This document shows positions 50,205-59,107 of a stretch of DNA of 64,000 nt, piece by piece. The stretch's first letter is position 1. Every line of letters starts with the position of its first letter. Under the pieces are notes generated by a model. The model made no database searches. It saw only the letters and a list, made by a program, of their open reading frames with translations, and had not been told where the DNA came from. The stretch is from Nitrospirales bacterium (GTDB lineage: Bacteria > Nitrospirota > Nitrospiria > Nitrospirales > UBA8639). The stretch spans positions 2,528,001 through 2,592,000 of the forward strand of contig OY820905.2 of assembly GCA_963555755.3 (NCBI GenBank), written 5' to 3'. The translations under genes were made by a program, and so were the position numbers.

Positions 50205-52655
50205 CTATGCAGAAACAGGTTGCAGCCTCACATACTGAACAATAGATAACTTTGCCAGCGCTTTCAATTGCTCGATGGAGATATAACCGATAACAAGCTG
50301 GCCCGATTTGGGTTTTGTGATAAGTTTGAATCCTAACTCCTGTAATTGGTACAGATTCTCGGATGTGGTATCCGTGAGCCATACTTGGACCATAACTTTT
50401 CCATTCTGAATCTTCGCAGATTCTTCGGCACTGAACGTCTCCCTTTTCTCCTTCTTTTTCGCAATACGCAACAAAGTGGAATCCAATTTAGATTGGGGCT
50501 CATTGGGTCTTTTCATGAAGACCCGTTTCTCCAATCTTTCAAACATTGGTGACGCGGAGGCATCTGCGGTTACCATTCCGCCAAGAAGACTCTGACTCAT
50601 TTTTGCCATAGGCTTCATCGCACGCATACGGTAACCGTGCGATACCTGATCATCTCGTCCAAAGACGCCTTCATAGCTGACGCCCTCCGGCAATTCCACC
50701 GGTACCTCTATGCGCCGTGGTTGTCCACCTTCCGTAATGATTAATTCTTCTACCGCCACAAATGATGTGAACCGGGTCATCAGCCGATAGTCCAAGCCTA
50801 GTTGGGTGATGGATTCCTGGACCTTGGGCTGGGGGGTGCCTTGCTGAATACCCCGGTAGTTTTGGGCCATGAGATCCGCAATTTTCGTCCGGGCCCACAG
50901 GGTCGCGAGCACATCATGATTGGGCTCAAACCCTGGAAACTCCACTTCAATCTTTCGCACAACCGAACGTCCCGCGACTTTCCCTCGTAACCGAATAGTG
51001 GCCTTCCCTGGAGTAGTGTATCGTCCAGTCAACACCAATGGTTTGGCACTAAAGAGATCGGGAAGCCGTTTGGGGTATACATCGGAGACATCTACGTCGT
51101 CCCAGTCCACGGAAATATCGGTCAACAAGGGATGTTGAATCCGCTCATGGAAACGGCGGGCTGCTGCAGATCCGTCTTCATTCAATCCCACATACTCCAC
51201 TTCGCCGCGCCCATGTTCCGCCATCTTGTCTAATAAAAAACGATTGACGCTGCTCCCAATCCCAAACGCAAAGACTCGGGCGTTGGGATGATTCTGAATT
51301 TCTCCTAGAATCGCCATATCATTCCCGATATACCCATCGGTCATAAAGCAGACGATCCGCACATGTTCCTGCGAATCGGAGGGATCTAACGCCGCGCGAA
51401 TGGCTGTCATCATTTCAGTTCCACCTCCACCCCTGCGGGAAGACAAAAATGCTTGGGCTTTTCGCACATTCGAAGAGGTAGCTGGAACCGGCTCGGGAAA
51501 GAGAACATGGGTATCGCCAGCAAAGGTGATGAGATTAAACGTATCACGCGGGTTGAGCCCATCAATGGCCAGACGCATCGTTTCTTTGGCCTTTTCAATG
51601 GGAAACCCAGACATGGACCCTGACGTGTCGAGTACGAAGACCAATTCCTTGGGCGTGACTTGATCCGTTTTCACGCGATCCGGCGGCTGCAACAAGAGAG
51701 TAAAAACCCCACCCTTCCCATTTCGATGAGTCAGCACGGCATCACGTATATCTTTTCCCGCCACTGCATACGTCAGGATAAAGTCTTTATTGGGAATGGT
51801 TGCGTTCTGTTCGAGGTGGACTTCAGTCGGAGAATCCTTAGAGGGGTTCACTACAATATCATGCGTGGTTGATTGGACGTGATGAATGGGGACCCCAGCG
51901 TCGATTGTCACAGAGATCGACAGATCATGTCCGAAACGAGTGCCTGGTTTCAGCACAGGCGGAGTGATATGTGAAGCATCTTGGTCGGTGTCATAGGCCC
52001 ACCCCCCACCCAAGGGTAGCGTTGGTGCAATAGGTTGGCCAGGGATGTACCGTGGACCCACCACCATGGGGAACACCACCGAATAGACTCCACCGTCATA
52101 GGACAAGGTCTCCACATAGCTGATCGTAATCGTCACTGTCTCACCTGGCAAAATATTCGCCACGGATTGGGTAAAGATATTGGGTCGCTCTTGATCCAAC
52201 AACCCAGCAACATTCCCACGTCGTTTCGCGGCTTCATACATGGCTCGAGCCTCTTCCCGCTTTTTGATGGTGCCTTTCACAACCCGATCGCCAACGGTAA
52301 GCGTCATAGCATCCACTGCCGCGTTCTGCGGTAGAGGGAAGGTGTAGACAGCCTCAATTTTGTCGGAATAGGGATTCTCGAACTGCTGGGTCACCTGAGC
52401 CCGGGCAAGAGGCCCACTGACCTGAATCGAGACATCGGTATGTTTGAGAGGAAAGGATTGCGTCAGTTTTCCATCGGCGTCTACCCCGATTAAAGCCCCG
52501 GACTCATCGCCGACCCACTCTGTACTCGCATGGGCAACCGGAGTGGAATATTCGCCAATTCCCCACAATCCTCCAACCACAATGGCTATGGCCCCCGCTA
52601 AACCTCCAATCAATGCCCAGCCGAAAACCCCTTTCCCACCATTTTTGACATTCAT
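50205..52655 (-). CDS. VIT + vWA domain protein with N-terminal TM (inter-alpha-trypsin-inhibitor-like)
   Basis: VTQQFENPY..EAVYTFPLP, DTSGSMSG, MTDG, FGIGSSVN, TRFTSFVAVE; no LPXTG-like tail. Confidence 0.92.
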   Translation of the reverse strand: MNVKNGGKGVFGWALIGGLAGAIAIVVGGLWGIGEYSTPVAHASTEWVGDESGALIGVDADGKLTQSFPLKHTDVSIQVSGPLARAQVTQQFENPYSDKIEAVYTFPLPQNAAVDAMTLTVGDRVVKGTIKKREEARAMYEAAKRRGNVAGLLDQERPNIFTQSVANILPGETVTITISYVETLSYDGGVYSVVFPMVVGPRYIPGQPIAPTLPLGGGWAYDTDQDASHITPPVLKPGTRFGHDLSISVTIDAGVPIHHVQSTTHDIVVNPSKDSPTEVHLEQNATIPNKDFILTYAVAGKDIRDAVLTHRNGKGGVFTLLLQPPDRVKTDQVTPKELVFVLDTSGSMSGFPIEKAKETMRLAIDGLNPRDTFNLITFAGDTHVLFPEPVPATSSNVRKAQAFLSSRRGGGGTEMMTAIRAALDPSDSQEHVRIVCFMTDGYIGNDMAILGEIQNHPNARVFAFGIGSSVNRFLLDKMAEHGRGEVEYVGLNEDGSAAARRFHERIQHPLLTDISVDWDDVDVSDVYPKRLPDLFSAKPLVLTGRYTTPGKATIRLRGKVAGRSVVRKIEVEFPGFEPNHDVLATLWARTKIADLMAQNYRGIQQGTPQPKVQESITQLGLDYRLMTRFTSFVAVEELIITEGGQPRRIEVPVELPEGVSYEGVFGRDDQVSHGYRMRAMKPMAKMSQSLLGGMVTADASASPMFERLEKRVFMKRPNEPQSKLDSTLLRIAKKKEKRETFSAEESAKIQNGKVMVQVWLTDTTSENLYQLQELGFKLITKPKSGQLVIGYISIEQLKALAKLSIVQYVRLQPVSA

Positions 52656-52727
52656 GAGTTCCCTCCTTTCATTCAGCGGCTCCATGCCGCTTCAGTGAGG
52701 AGATGGCACCACTTCCCCAATCCTTTC

Positions 52728-52850
52728 AGGGAGTGTTGAAAAAGCCCGCCAGCGGCGTTCTCATTGCTCGAAGGGCTCAACGTACGAAGCGTACGCCTCG
52801 CCCTCCTCGCTGCTTGCGGCCTTGCTGGACGACCTTTTTCAACAGCACCT
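52728..52850. repeat. REP family R2 variant
   Basis: GTGTTGAAAAAGCCCGCCAGCGGCGTTCTC..GTACG..GCGGCCTTGCTGGACGACCTTTTTCAACA. Confidence 0.75.
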
Positions 52851-53022
52851 TCAGCGCGATAGGGTAGGAAAGAAAAAATTCTCTAACCTAAATATGGGAA
52901 GTGTTGGGGGAGGGACCAAAGGGTGAAATGAGGTGTGTGTTTTATCTATATCGTGATTTCGTCATATCCCTGCCATGGATCAAACCTAAGCTGTTACCCG
53001 GTAATTGAAATCTATTGGACTA

Positions 53023-53181
53023 AGGGCTCGCGCAAGAATAACTTCCCATGTTTGGGCGTCGATCCATTCTGCCTGGCGGCGTTGCTCGTCCTTTCCATAC
53101 GAGGAGTATGCGCAGTCCTCGCGCCTTGCCAGACAGGCGTCTCAGCACCCAAACATGGGAAGTTATTCTTGCGCGAGCCCT
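53023..53181. repeat. REP/MITE family R1, copy 3; supplies the last codons and stop of the upstream minus-strand gene
   Basis: Matches 3103-3261; ORF 53163-54647 ends inside it. Confidence 0.9.
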
Positions 53182-54647
53182 AAAGGAATATCAACCCGAA
53201 ACGGCGTTTCGGGTTTGGGGTGCGGATCCATGACCCAAAACCCCTGGTTTCCTGGTTGGTGTAATCTGTTTGTTAATTGATCCTGACTCCTTTCCTCTCC
53301 AAGCCATGTTCCTAATTCCGATATCGGAGTGGATGACAACAGTATTGTTACAGACGAGACTGCGGGCTTTCCGAATTTATTCGTTAATTGATTTAATGGA
53401 AAAGTCACAGGTTGATAGGCCTTCACGTTGATGGCCCCATCAGAGGACCTTGGGCCTGTTTGAGATTCTGGACTCATCAATTTCCATTTTCCATTTTCCA
53501 AATCTGTCAAAACATACAAATACCCCGTAACATTCGATGTTATTCCAAGTCGAAGATTCGCCCAACTTCCGGAAAAATGTTCAATGTCTATTGCATCATC
53601 TTTGCCGTCTGACGTTCCGTGAACAAAGCTGTATCGAATGCCTCGGGTTGGCAACTCAGAATCATCCGGAACGGCCTCTTGTGTCATCTCCAGATTCAAG
53701 GATTGTTTTTCTAATACCCTCTCCTTTTCAGAAGACATTCCACCAAAAAGCTGGGATGCGCGCCTGTTACCAATGGCTTCCCTTTCACCCTCGGGCTGTC
53801 TGCCTTTTTCGGCAAAAAATAAATCTCTGACACCCGTTGACGACGGAGCATCACTCCGGTGCATTCGATCGGCAAAGGTTTGTGCTTGAGGCAATTGTTG
53901 AAAGCCTTCTTCTCTTTTTTCCATGTTTCCAACAGACGGAGTCATTAAACGGTATTCTTGGGAAAAAGATTGATCCATGGCAGACTCTAGACCCTGAATG
54001 TCTGGCTCTTTAGCTTTGGGCAAATGTTCTTTTTTTACCATTTGCCGAAAGGCTCGTTTAGAAAAACCTGCTACCGGGGCTTCATCCATACGCTCCCTGT
54101 CTTTTGAAGCTTTTGCGATAGCCGGAGGCTCTGTTACGGGAGATTGAGCGGGCATGGAGGCAACCGGAGCCGGTTTACTTTGTGGTTTGTTCTGTCCCTC
54201 GCGGATTGGCGGCTTTCTTGTCTCCATTCTGGATGATTGAGCTATGGTGGCCATCGTGTCTTTGTCCTCAGACAACGAACGTTCGGCTTGGAGTTCTTCC
54301 TGGACCACGGGACCCCAAAGTTCTTCCATTTGCCACCCAAAAATGAGAGCGAGGCCCATCGCGGCGATGCTTCCGGCCCAAGCGAGAGAAGATGGTTGCC
54401 GGAACCAGCGAAGCTGCGGGCTATGAATGGCGGCCATCCCCTGCGGATTCCCTGATGCCTGTAGACTATCCAGGATTCGTTGACGTGCTTCCGGGTTGGC
54501 CAGCAGGGCTCTCAAAGCCTCTTCATCAGCCAACACATCAAACAAGGTTTGATCATTAAGGGCTGCCGCAAATAATTGGCGCTTTTCCTCTTCGGTGAGC
54601 GTATTCGTGGCATAGCCGCCAAGGATCTGTTCCCAGGACTTGGACAT
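53163..54647 (-). CDS. Putative transmembrane anti-sigma factor
   Basis: N-terminal LGGYATNTLTEEEKRQLF..LFDVL; single TM; coupled to the ECF gene. Confidence 0.65.
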   Translation of the reverse strand: MSKSWEQILGGYATNTLTEEEKRQLFAAALNDQTLFDVLADEEALRALLANPEARQRILDSLQASGNPQGMAAIHSPQLRWFRQPSSLAWAGSIAAMGLALIFGWQMEELWGPVVQEELQAERSLSEDKDTMATIAQSSRMETRKPPIREGQNKPQSKPAPVASMPAQSPVTEPPAIAKASKDRERMDEAPVAGFSKRAFRQMVKKEHLPKAKEPDIQGLESAMDQSFSQEYRLMTPSVGNMEKREEGFQQLPQAQTFADRMHRSDAPSSTGVRDLFFAEKGRQPEGEREAIGNRRASQLFGGMSSEKERVLEKQSLNLEMTQEAVPDDSELPTRGIRYSFVHGTSDGKDDAIDIEHFSGSWANLRLGITSNVTGYLYVLTDLENGKWKLMSPESQTGPRSSDGAINVKAYQPVTFPLNQLTNKFGKPAVSSVTILLSSTPISELGTWLGEERSQDQLTNRLHQPGNQGFWVMDPHPKPETPFRVDIPLGLAQE

Positions 54648-55204
54648 CAGCCTACTGTCTCCTTATTGGGTACCGAACCCTTCCCTTTCAGCGGAAGTGT
54701 CTCCCATACTCCACCCATTAAAATTAGGAGTTGTTTGCGACACCGCGAATCCCACGTATAAATCGTATTAATTGAGCGTTCGCCCAGAATCTTTTGGATT
54801 TCTGGAAAGGTATGGCCTTCCAGTTTCAGACGAAATAGGTTTTGGCATCGCTCACCTAATTGCTGTATTGCAGCAATCAGGTGTGTCACCCGCTCATTCT
54901 GCTCGGCTTGCATAGCTGGGTCATCTCCTGGATCGACAAGCATGTGATCATCCACTGACTCCTGGTTGTATTCCCCATGCCGAAGGGTTTTGCGGTGACG
55001 GTCCAGCATTTTATACCGAAGGATTTGAAAGGACAGGGGAACGAGTTCAGTCAATTCCGTCACGTGTGGATATTTTTCATGCAAGACCATCAGGACATCC
55101 TGGGTTAAATCTTCGGCCCCTTCCCTTACACCACGAGATGTCGCAAAAGCCAAAATCCTTTCACGGAGCCGGCACAGGATTTCCTCACGAGTCAGTGCTC
55201 CCAT
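54647..55204 (-). CDS. ECF-family RNA polymerase sigma factor
   Basis: AEDLTQDV (region 2); AIQQLGERCQNLFRL..G.TFPEI..SINTIYT..RCRK.L (region 4). Confidence 0.88.
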   Translation of the reverse strand: MGALTREEILCRLRERILAFATSRGVREGAEDLTQDVLMVLHEKYPHVTELTELVPLSFQILRYKMLDRHRKTLRHGEYNQESVDDHMLVDPGDDPAMQAEQNERVTHLIAAIQQLGERCQNLFRLKLEGHTFPEIQKILGERSINTIYTWDSRCRKQLLILMGGVWETLPLKGKGSVPNKETVG

Positions 55205-55335
55205 TCTGTTACCGTCACTCCTCCCAACCGTGTTCCGGCAAATCAGTATTTCCCGTATGACTCAATGATACCACTTCTGCATCCGGTATATGGTTTCTTT
55301 TCATTGATGGAGGCGGTTTAGGAAAATTAAAGTGG

Positions 55336-58083
55336 GTAGAGTAGAGCACTGGTGCATACATGGAGCTGCTCTCGAACGCTTCGACGCACGCGTCTACCAC
55401 GGACCATAGCAGTCAGCACTTCCCAGCGCCCCCTCATCAGTAGGGTCGAGGACTGGCGCGCCAACGGTAGGGTTCGGTGGCTCCTCCACCCCTTTCGGAA
55501 TGGGCCTCAGTCCGACTCCCCTGGTCACGGTTCCAGTCCCCGCCACCTCAAACCCGGCGTGCTGATTTCCAGCACCGGGCTTTCCTGGATGCTTCACCTC
55601 AAGGGTTATGTGACCTATCAGCCTGGAAGGACTTTCATGCCGACCCGTTGTACCGCACTCGGTAATCTCCATATAAGCCAAGTACCGTGTAGAGCCAAAC
55701 CTTACTCCACCTCTTCCAGCCAAAACCTCGACGGTGGCGCACTCGCATCATGTGCCGCCGGACCTTCCGCTCCACCCAATCCTTCACGTAGGATAAACAC
55801 CGACTCGCATGCCCAATCCGGAAGTAGTTCACCCAGCCCCGTACGATCGGATTGATCATGGCGATCATCCGTCCCACCGGCTGGGATTGCCCGCGTCGGA
55901 ACACTTCCTTGAGCTTCCGCAGCAACGCGGTGCGCCGCTTCACCTTCGGTATGTACTGCGGGCGCCACACTCCACGCCGCGACCGCACACGCCGAAAGTC
56001 AAAGCCCAGAAAGCCGAAGCTGCCTCCCTGACTCAGGTCCACGATTCGGCTCTTCTCCTCATTCACCTGAAGGTCTAATTGGGCCAACGCCTCTCGCAGC
56101 TTCCGCTCCGCAACCTGCGCCAGTTGTGCGTGGCGGCGATAGCCATCCACTAACACGACGAGGTCATCCGCAAACCGGACATACTCGAGATACGTATACT
56201 GGCCCTGCCGGGTTGTCTCCTTCAGCTGCTCCAGCCTCTCATCCACTTCCGTGAGATAGAGGTTGGCCAGCAGCGGGGAAATCACACCCCCTTGAGGCAC
56301 CCCACGCGGGCCGGACGCCTTGACGATGAGTTTCACCAGCCGCAGGATCGCGGGATCCTGGATGCGTCGGGCCACCTTCGCCAGCAGCCGGTCATGCCGC
56401 ACCGTGTCGAAGAAGGCCGCCAGATCCACATCAATCACTCGCGTCTTGTTCTGCACCATCGCCTGAGCCACCCGGCCAATCGCCTGGTGGGCTGTCCGTT
56501 TCGGTCGATACCCATACGACCCATCACGAAAATCCGCCTCAAAGATCGGTTCCAGCAGGAGCTTGAGCGCTCCCTGTACCACGCGGTCCCGAATCGCGGG
56601 TATCCCTAAGACGCGGACTCGTCCACCGCCTTTCGAAATCTCCACGTGCCGGTTCCGCATCGGTCGGTAGGTCTGCGTGACCAGTTCGTCCCGTAGTCGT
56701 GCAAGAAAGGGCTCCACCCCCGTGGCCTCGATGCCAGCAAACGTCACCCCATCAATGCCGGGGGCTCCGTTGTTTTTCTTGGCCATCGAATAGGCCGCGC
56801 GTAGCGTCGCCTCTTTGCACACGTGGACGTACAGGCCCCACACCCGCCATCGCTTCTCAGCCTTCGCCTTGACGTAGAGCCGCTGTCGCAGGTCTTGCAG
56901 TGTAATGGACGCCGTTGTCATCTCGTCCCTGCCTCCCATGTTGATCACAGCCTACAGCCAGTAGGGCTCCTTTGCTCCACAGGCATGACCCTGCTTCCTC
57001 GCTCCTACGAGCCCCTCCGCCACCCTCTCGTCTTCGGCTCACTTCCCAGAGAGCTGGTTATAGAGCCGATCTTCCTCCAGGGATTTCTCCCTGGGACGAG
57101 GAGGGCTTCTCCAGTTGCGTCGTCTGTCCTTGCTCCCGTGCTGTCGCTCTCACCCCGCCGGAGTGGCCAGGCGTCTCAGCCTTGGTTCGCCTGTCCATGC
57201 CGTCTTCGTCCTACGGACAGGGACTCGACCTCCGAGGTTTCATACTTTCGAGGCTACCTCTGCGTTCACTTGCGTTACGGCCCGGGAACTCGCTCACCAT
57301 CCTCTACGATGGCTTTGTCGATGGGCTTCAGCGTCTCGGTTTCTCTCCACGCTGCCATCCAAGCTACAGGGCTCAGGCTCTTACCCTGGTGGGCTTGCTT
57401 CCCACTGAACAGTCTCGCCTTACCTGGACACACATCCGTGCGTATGGTTTTCCCATACACGGCTTTCCGATGTTCTTCTTCCAGCGGCATGCGTCTGTCA
57501 TCAAGCAATAGCCAAATTCAGACTTGGCCTTCTGAGATAGTTTCCTCTGTAGTGTCCTGATCGTGCTCGGGGTGGTTAGCGCAATGGCAATCCCCTGATC
57601 CTCCACTCGTCGGAAACGTGAACAAAGTAGGGTCCCTTCCCTCGGGCCGGGTTGTGTTGTCCCAGGCTCTCCAACGGTACTATGAACCCCTCCGACTCCC
57701 ACGACGGCCCGCAGCGATTTCGGTATCCCTTATACGCCTCAGTTGCTGGTTCTGCGCCAGCACCGTCGCGGGTCTCCCGTCCTGCACGGTGTCTCTTCCG
57801 CCACATGCCATCCCTGCTACCCCGGAAGATCCTGAGGGTGGGTGTTCGTTCTGCTCCCTCAAACGGCGGCCTTCCCCTTCTGACCACAGGGTCGGCATCT
57901 CCAATTCGTTTACGAGGCTACATCTAGGTTCGCTTGCGCTACGGCCTGCGGCTTTGCCCATGGGAAACTTCAACCCCTGATTACTCAGACGCTGCTTCCC
58001 GGTACTAGAAAGGTGTACGAACAACTCCTTTCGCGGGACTTCAACCCGCTAGACACACCGCCGATGACGGCATGCGGTCAGAC
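55336..58083 (-). mobile_element. Group II twintron copy 2: ORF-less outer intron containing the inner intron 55440-57433
   Basis: Near-identical to 12861-15610 with different flanks; same split domain V. Confidence 0.88.
55635..56948 (-). CDS. ltrA: Group II intron reverse transcriptase/maturase (no endonuclease domain), intact
   Basis: GAPGIDG, LGIPAIRDRVVQ, SYGYRP, DVDLAAFFD, PQGGVISPLLANLYL, YVRFADD, FLGFDF, INPIVRGWVNYF. Confidence 0.95.
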   Translation of the reverse strand: MINMGGRDEMTTASITLQDLRQRLYVKAKAEKRWRVWGLYVHVCKEATLRAAYSMAKKNNGAPGIDGVTFAGIEATGVEPFLARLRDELVTQTYRPMRNRHVEISKGGGRVRVLGIPAIRDRVVQGALKLLLEPIFEADFRDGSYGYRPKRTAHQAIGRVAQAMVQNKTRVIDVDLAAFFDTVRHDRLLAKVARRIQDPAILRLVKLIVKASGPRGVPQGGVISPLLANLYLTEVDERLEQLKETTRQGQYTYLEYVRFADDLVVLVDGYRRHAQLAQVAERKLREALAQLDLQVNEEKSRIVDLSQGGSFGFLGFDFRRVRSRRGVWRPQYIPKVKRRTALLRKLKEVFRRGQSQPVGRMIAMINPIVRGWVNYFRIGHASRCLSYVKDWVERKVRRHMMRVRHRRGFGWKRWSKVWLYTVLGLYGDYRVRYNGSA

Positions 58084-58159
58084 TCGATTAAAACTGGAAT
58101 TCTTAGTAAAACTGTCCTGCGTTTTTATTTCTTCGAAGTTGCCCCCTAGATTTTTCATT

Positions 58160-59101
58160 TTAAGCCTGGCCGGTCCTGCTAGATTGTCGTGCCAGATTGA
58201 CTAACACCCCTTCCCGTAGTCCGTATTCGCTGACGAGGCATTGATCCTGCCGGAGTTCTTCCATGATGCAACGGAGAATGAGTGTGCCGGCGGCAATGAC
58301 TTCTTCGCGGCCAGGCTCTAACCCGGGGATGCTAGTGCGTTCTGATTTTTTTCGAGGGAAAATGGTTTGCTCGATGATTTTCACCGTTTCGAGTGTCAGG
58401 GTGTAATTATGTATGCGCTCGGGAACATATGTTGTGAGCCCTTGGGCGATGGCCGCCAGGGACGTGATGGTCCCGGCGGTTCCGACGAAGGTCAGGCCAG
58501 ATATGTCGCCTAGGGTGGTTAGAGCTCGTTGGGTTGAGGAATGGATGAGTTGTTCGGCTTCTTGAATTTCAGATGCTGATGGCGGATCACTTTTTAATAC
58601 ACGCTCTGATAATCGGACCACGCCAATGTCAATCGAGATGGCTTTCGGAGGTTGCCCCTCGCGACTGACGATAAATTCCGTGCTGCCGCCACCAATATCC
58701 AGGCCCAACATGTCATGAATTTGGTCCAGGAACCCTGAGCGAAGACCTAGAAGCGTTCGTCGCGCCTCCTCTTCTCCATCAATGACTTCAACTTCCACCC
58801 CGGCTTCCTGTTTGACTCGTTGGAGGAATTCCTCACGATTGCAAGCTTCTCGCACGGCGCTCGTGGCCACGGCAATGGAGGCTTGGACACCATGTTGATC
58901 AATCACTCCTTGCCACTCTCTTATCGCTTCGATGACCCGAGTCATGGCTTCGGGTTTGAGTTGCTTGGTTTGATCGACGCCTTCACCCAATCGTAAAATC
59001 TTCCTGCCGGAGTACACTGTTTTTACTGGGCCGTGACCGTCCACTTCCCCGATGAGCAGACGACACGTGAGGGTGCCGATGTCGATGCATGCTACTCGCA
59101 T
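58160..59101 (-). CDS. ppx: Ppx/GppA exopolyphosphatase
   Basis: IDIGT..RLGEG..ATSAVREA..EEEA..DIGGGSTE..GLREG. Confidence 0.93.
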   Translation of the reverse strand: MRVACIDIGTLTCRLLIGEVDGHGPVKTVYSGRKILRLGEGVDQTKQLKPEAMTRVIEAIREWQGVIDQHGVQASIAVATSAVREACNREEFLQRVKQEAGVEVEVIDGEEEARRTLLGLRSGFLDQIHDMLGLDIGGGSTEFIVSREGQPPKAISIDIGVVRLSERVLKSDPPSASEIQEAEQLIHSSTQRALTTLGDISGLTFVGTAGTITSLAAIAQGLTTYVPERIHNYTLTLETVKIIEQTIFPRKKSERTSIPGLEPGREEVIAAGTLILRCIMEELRQDQCLVSEYGLREGVLVNLARQSSRTGQA

Positions 59102-59107
59102 GAAACC

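Noticed and set aside
55635..56948. RT as a retron, DGR or defence RT
   Set aside because: It has a maturase X domain and is enclosed by recognisable intron 5' end, DV and DVI; no TR/VR pair or msr-msd was seen.
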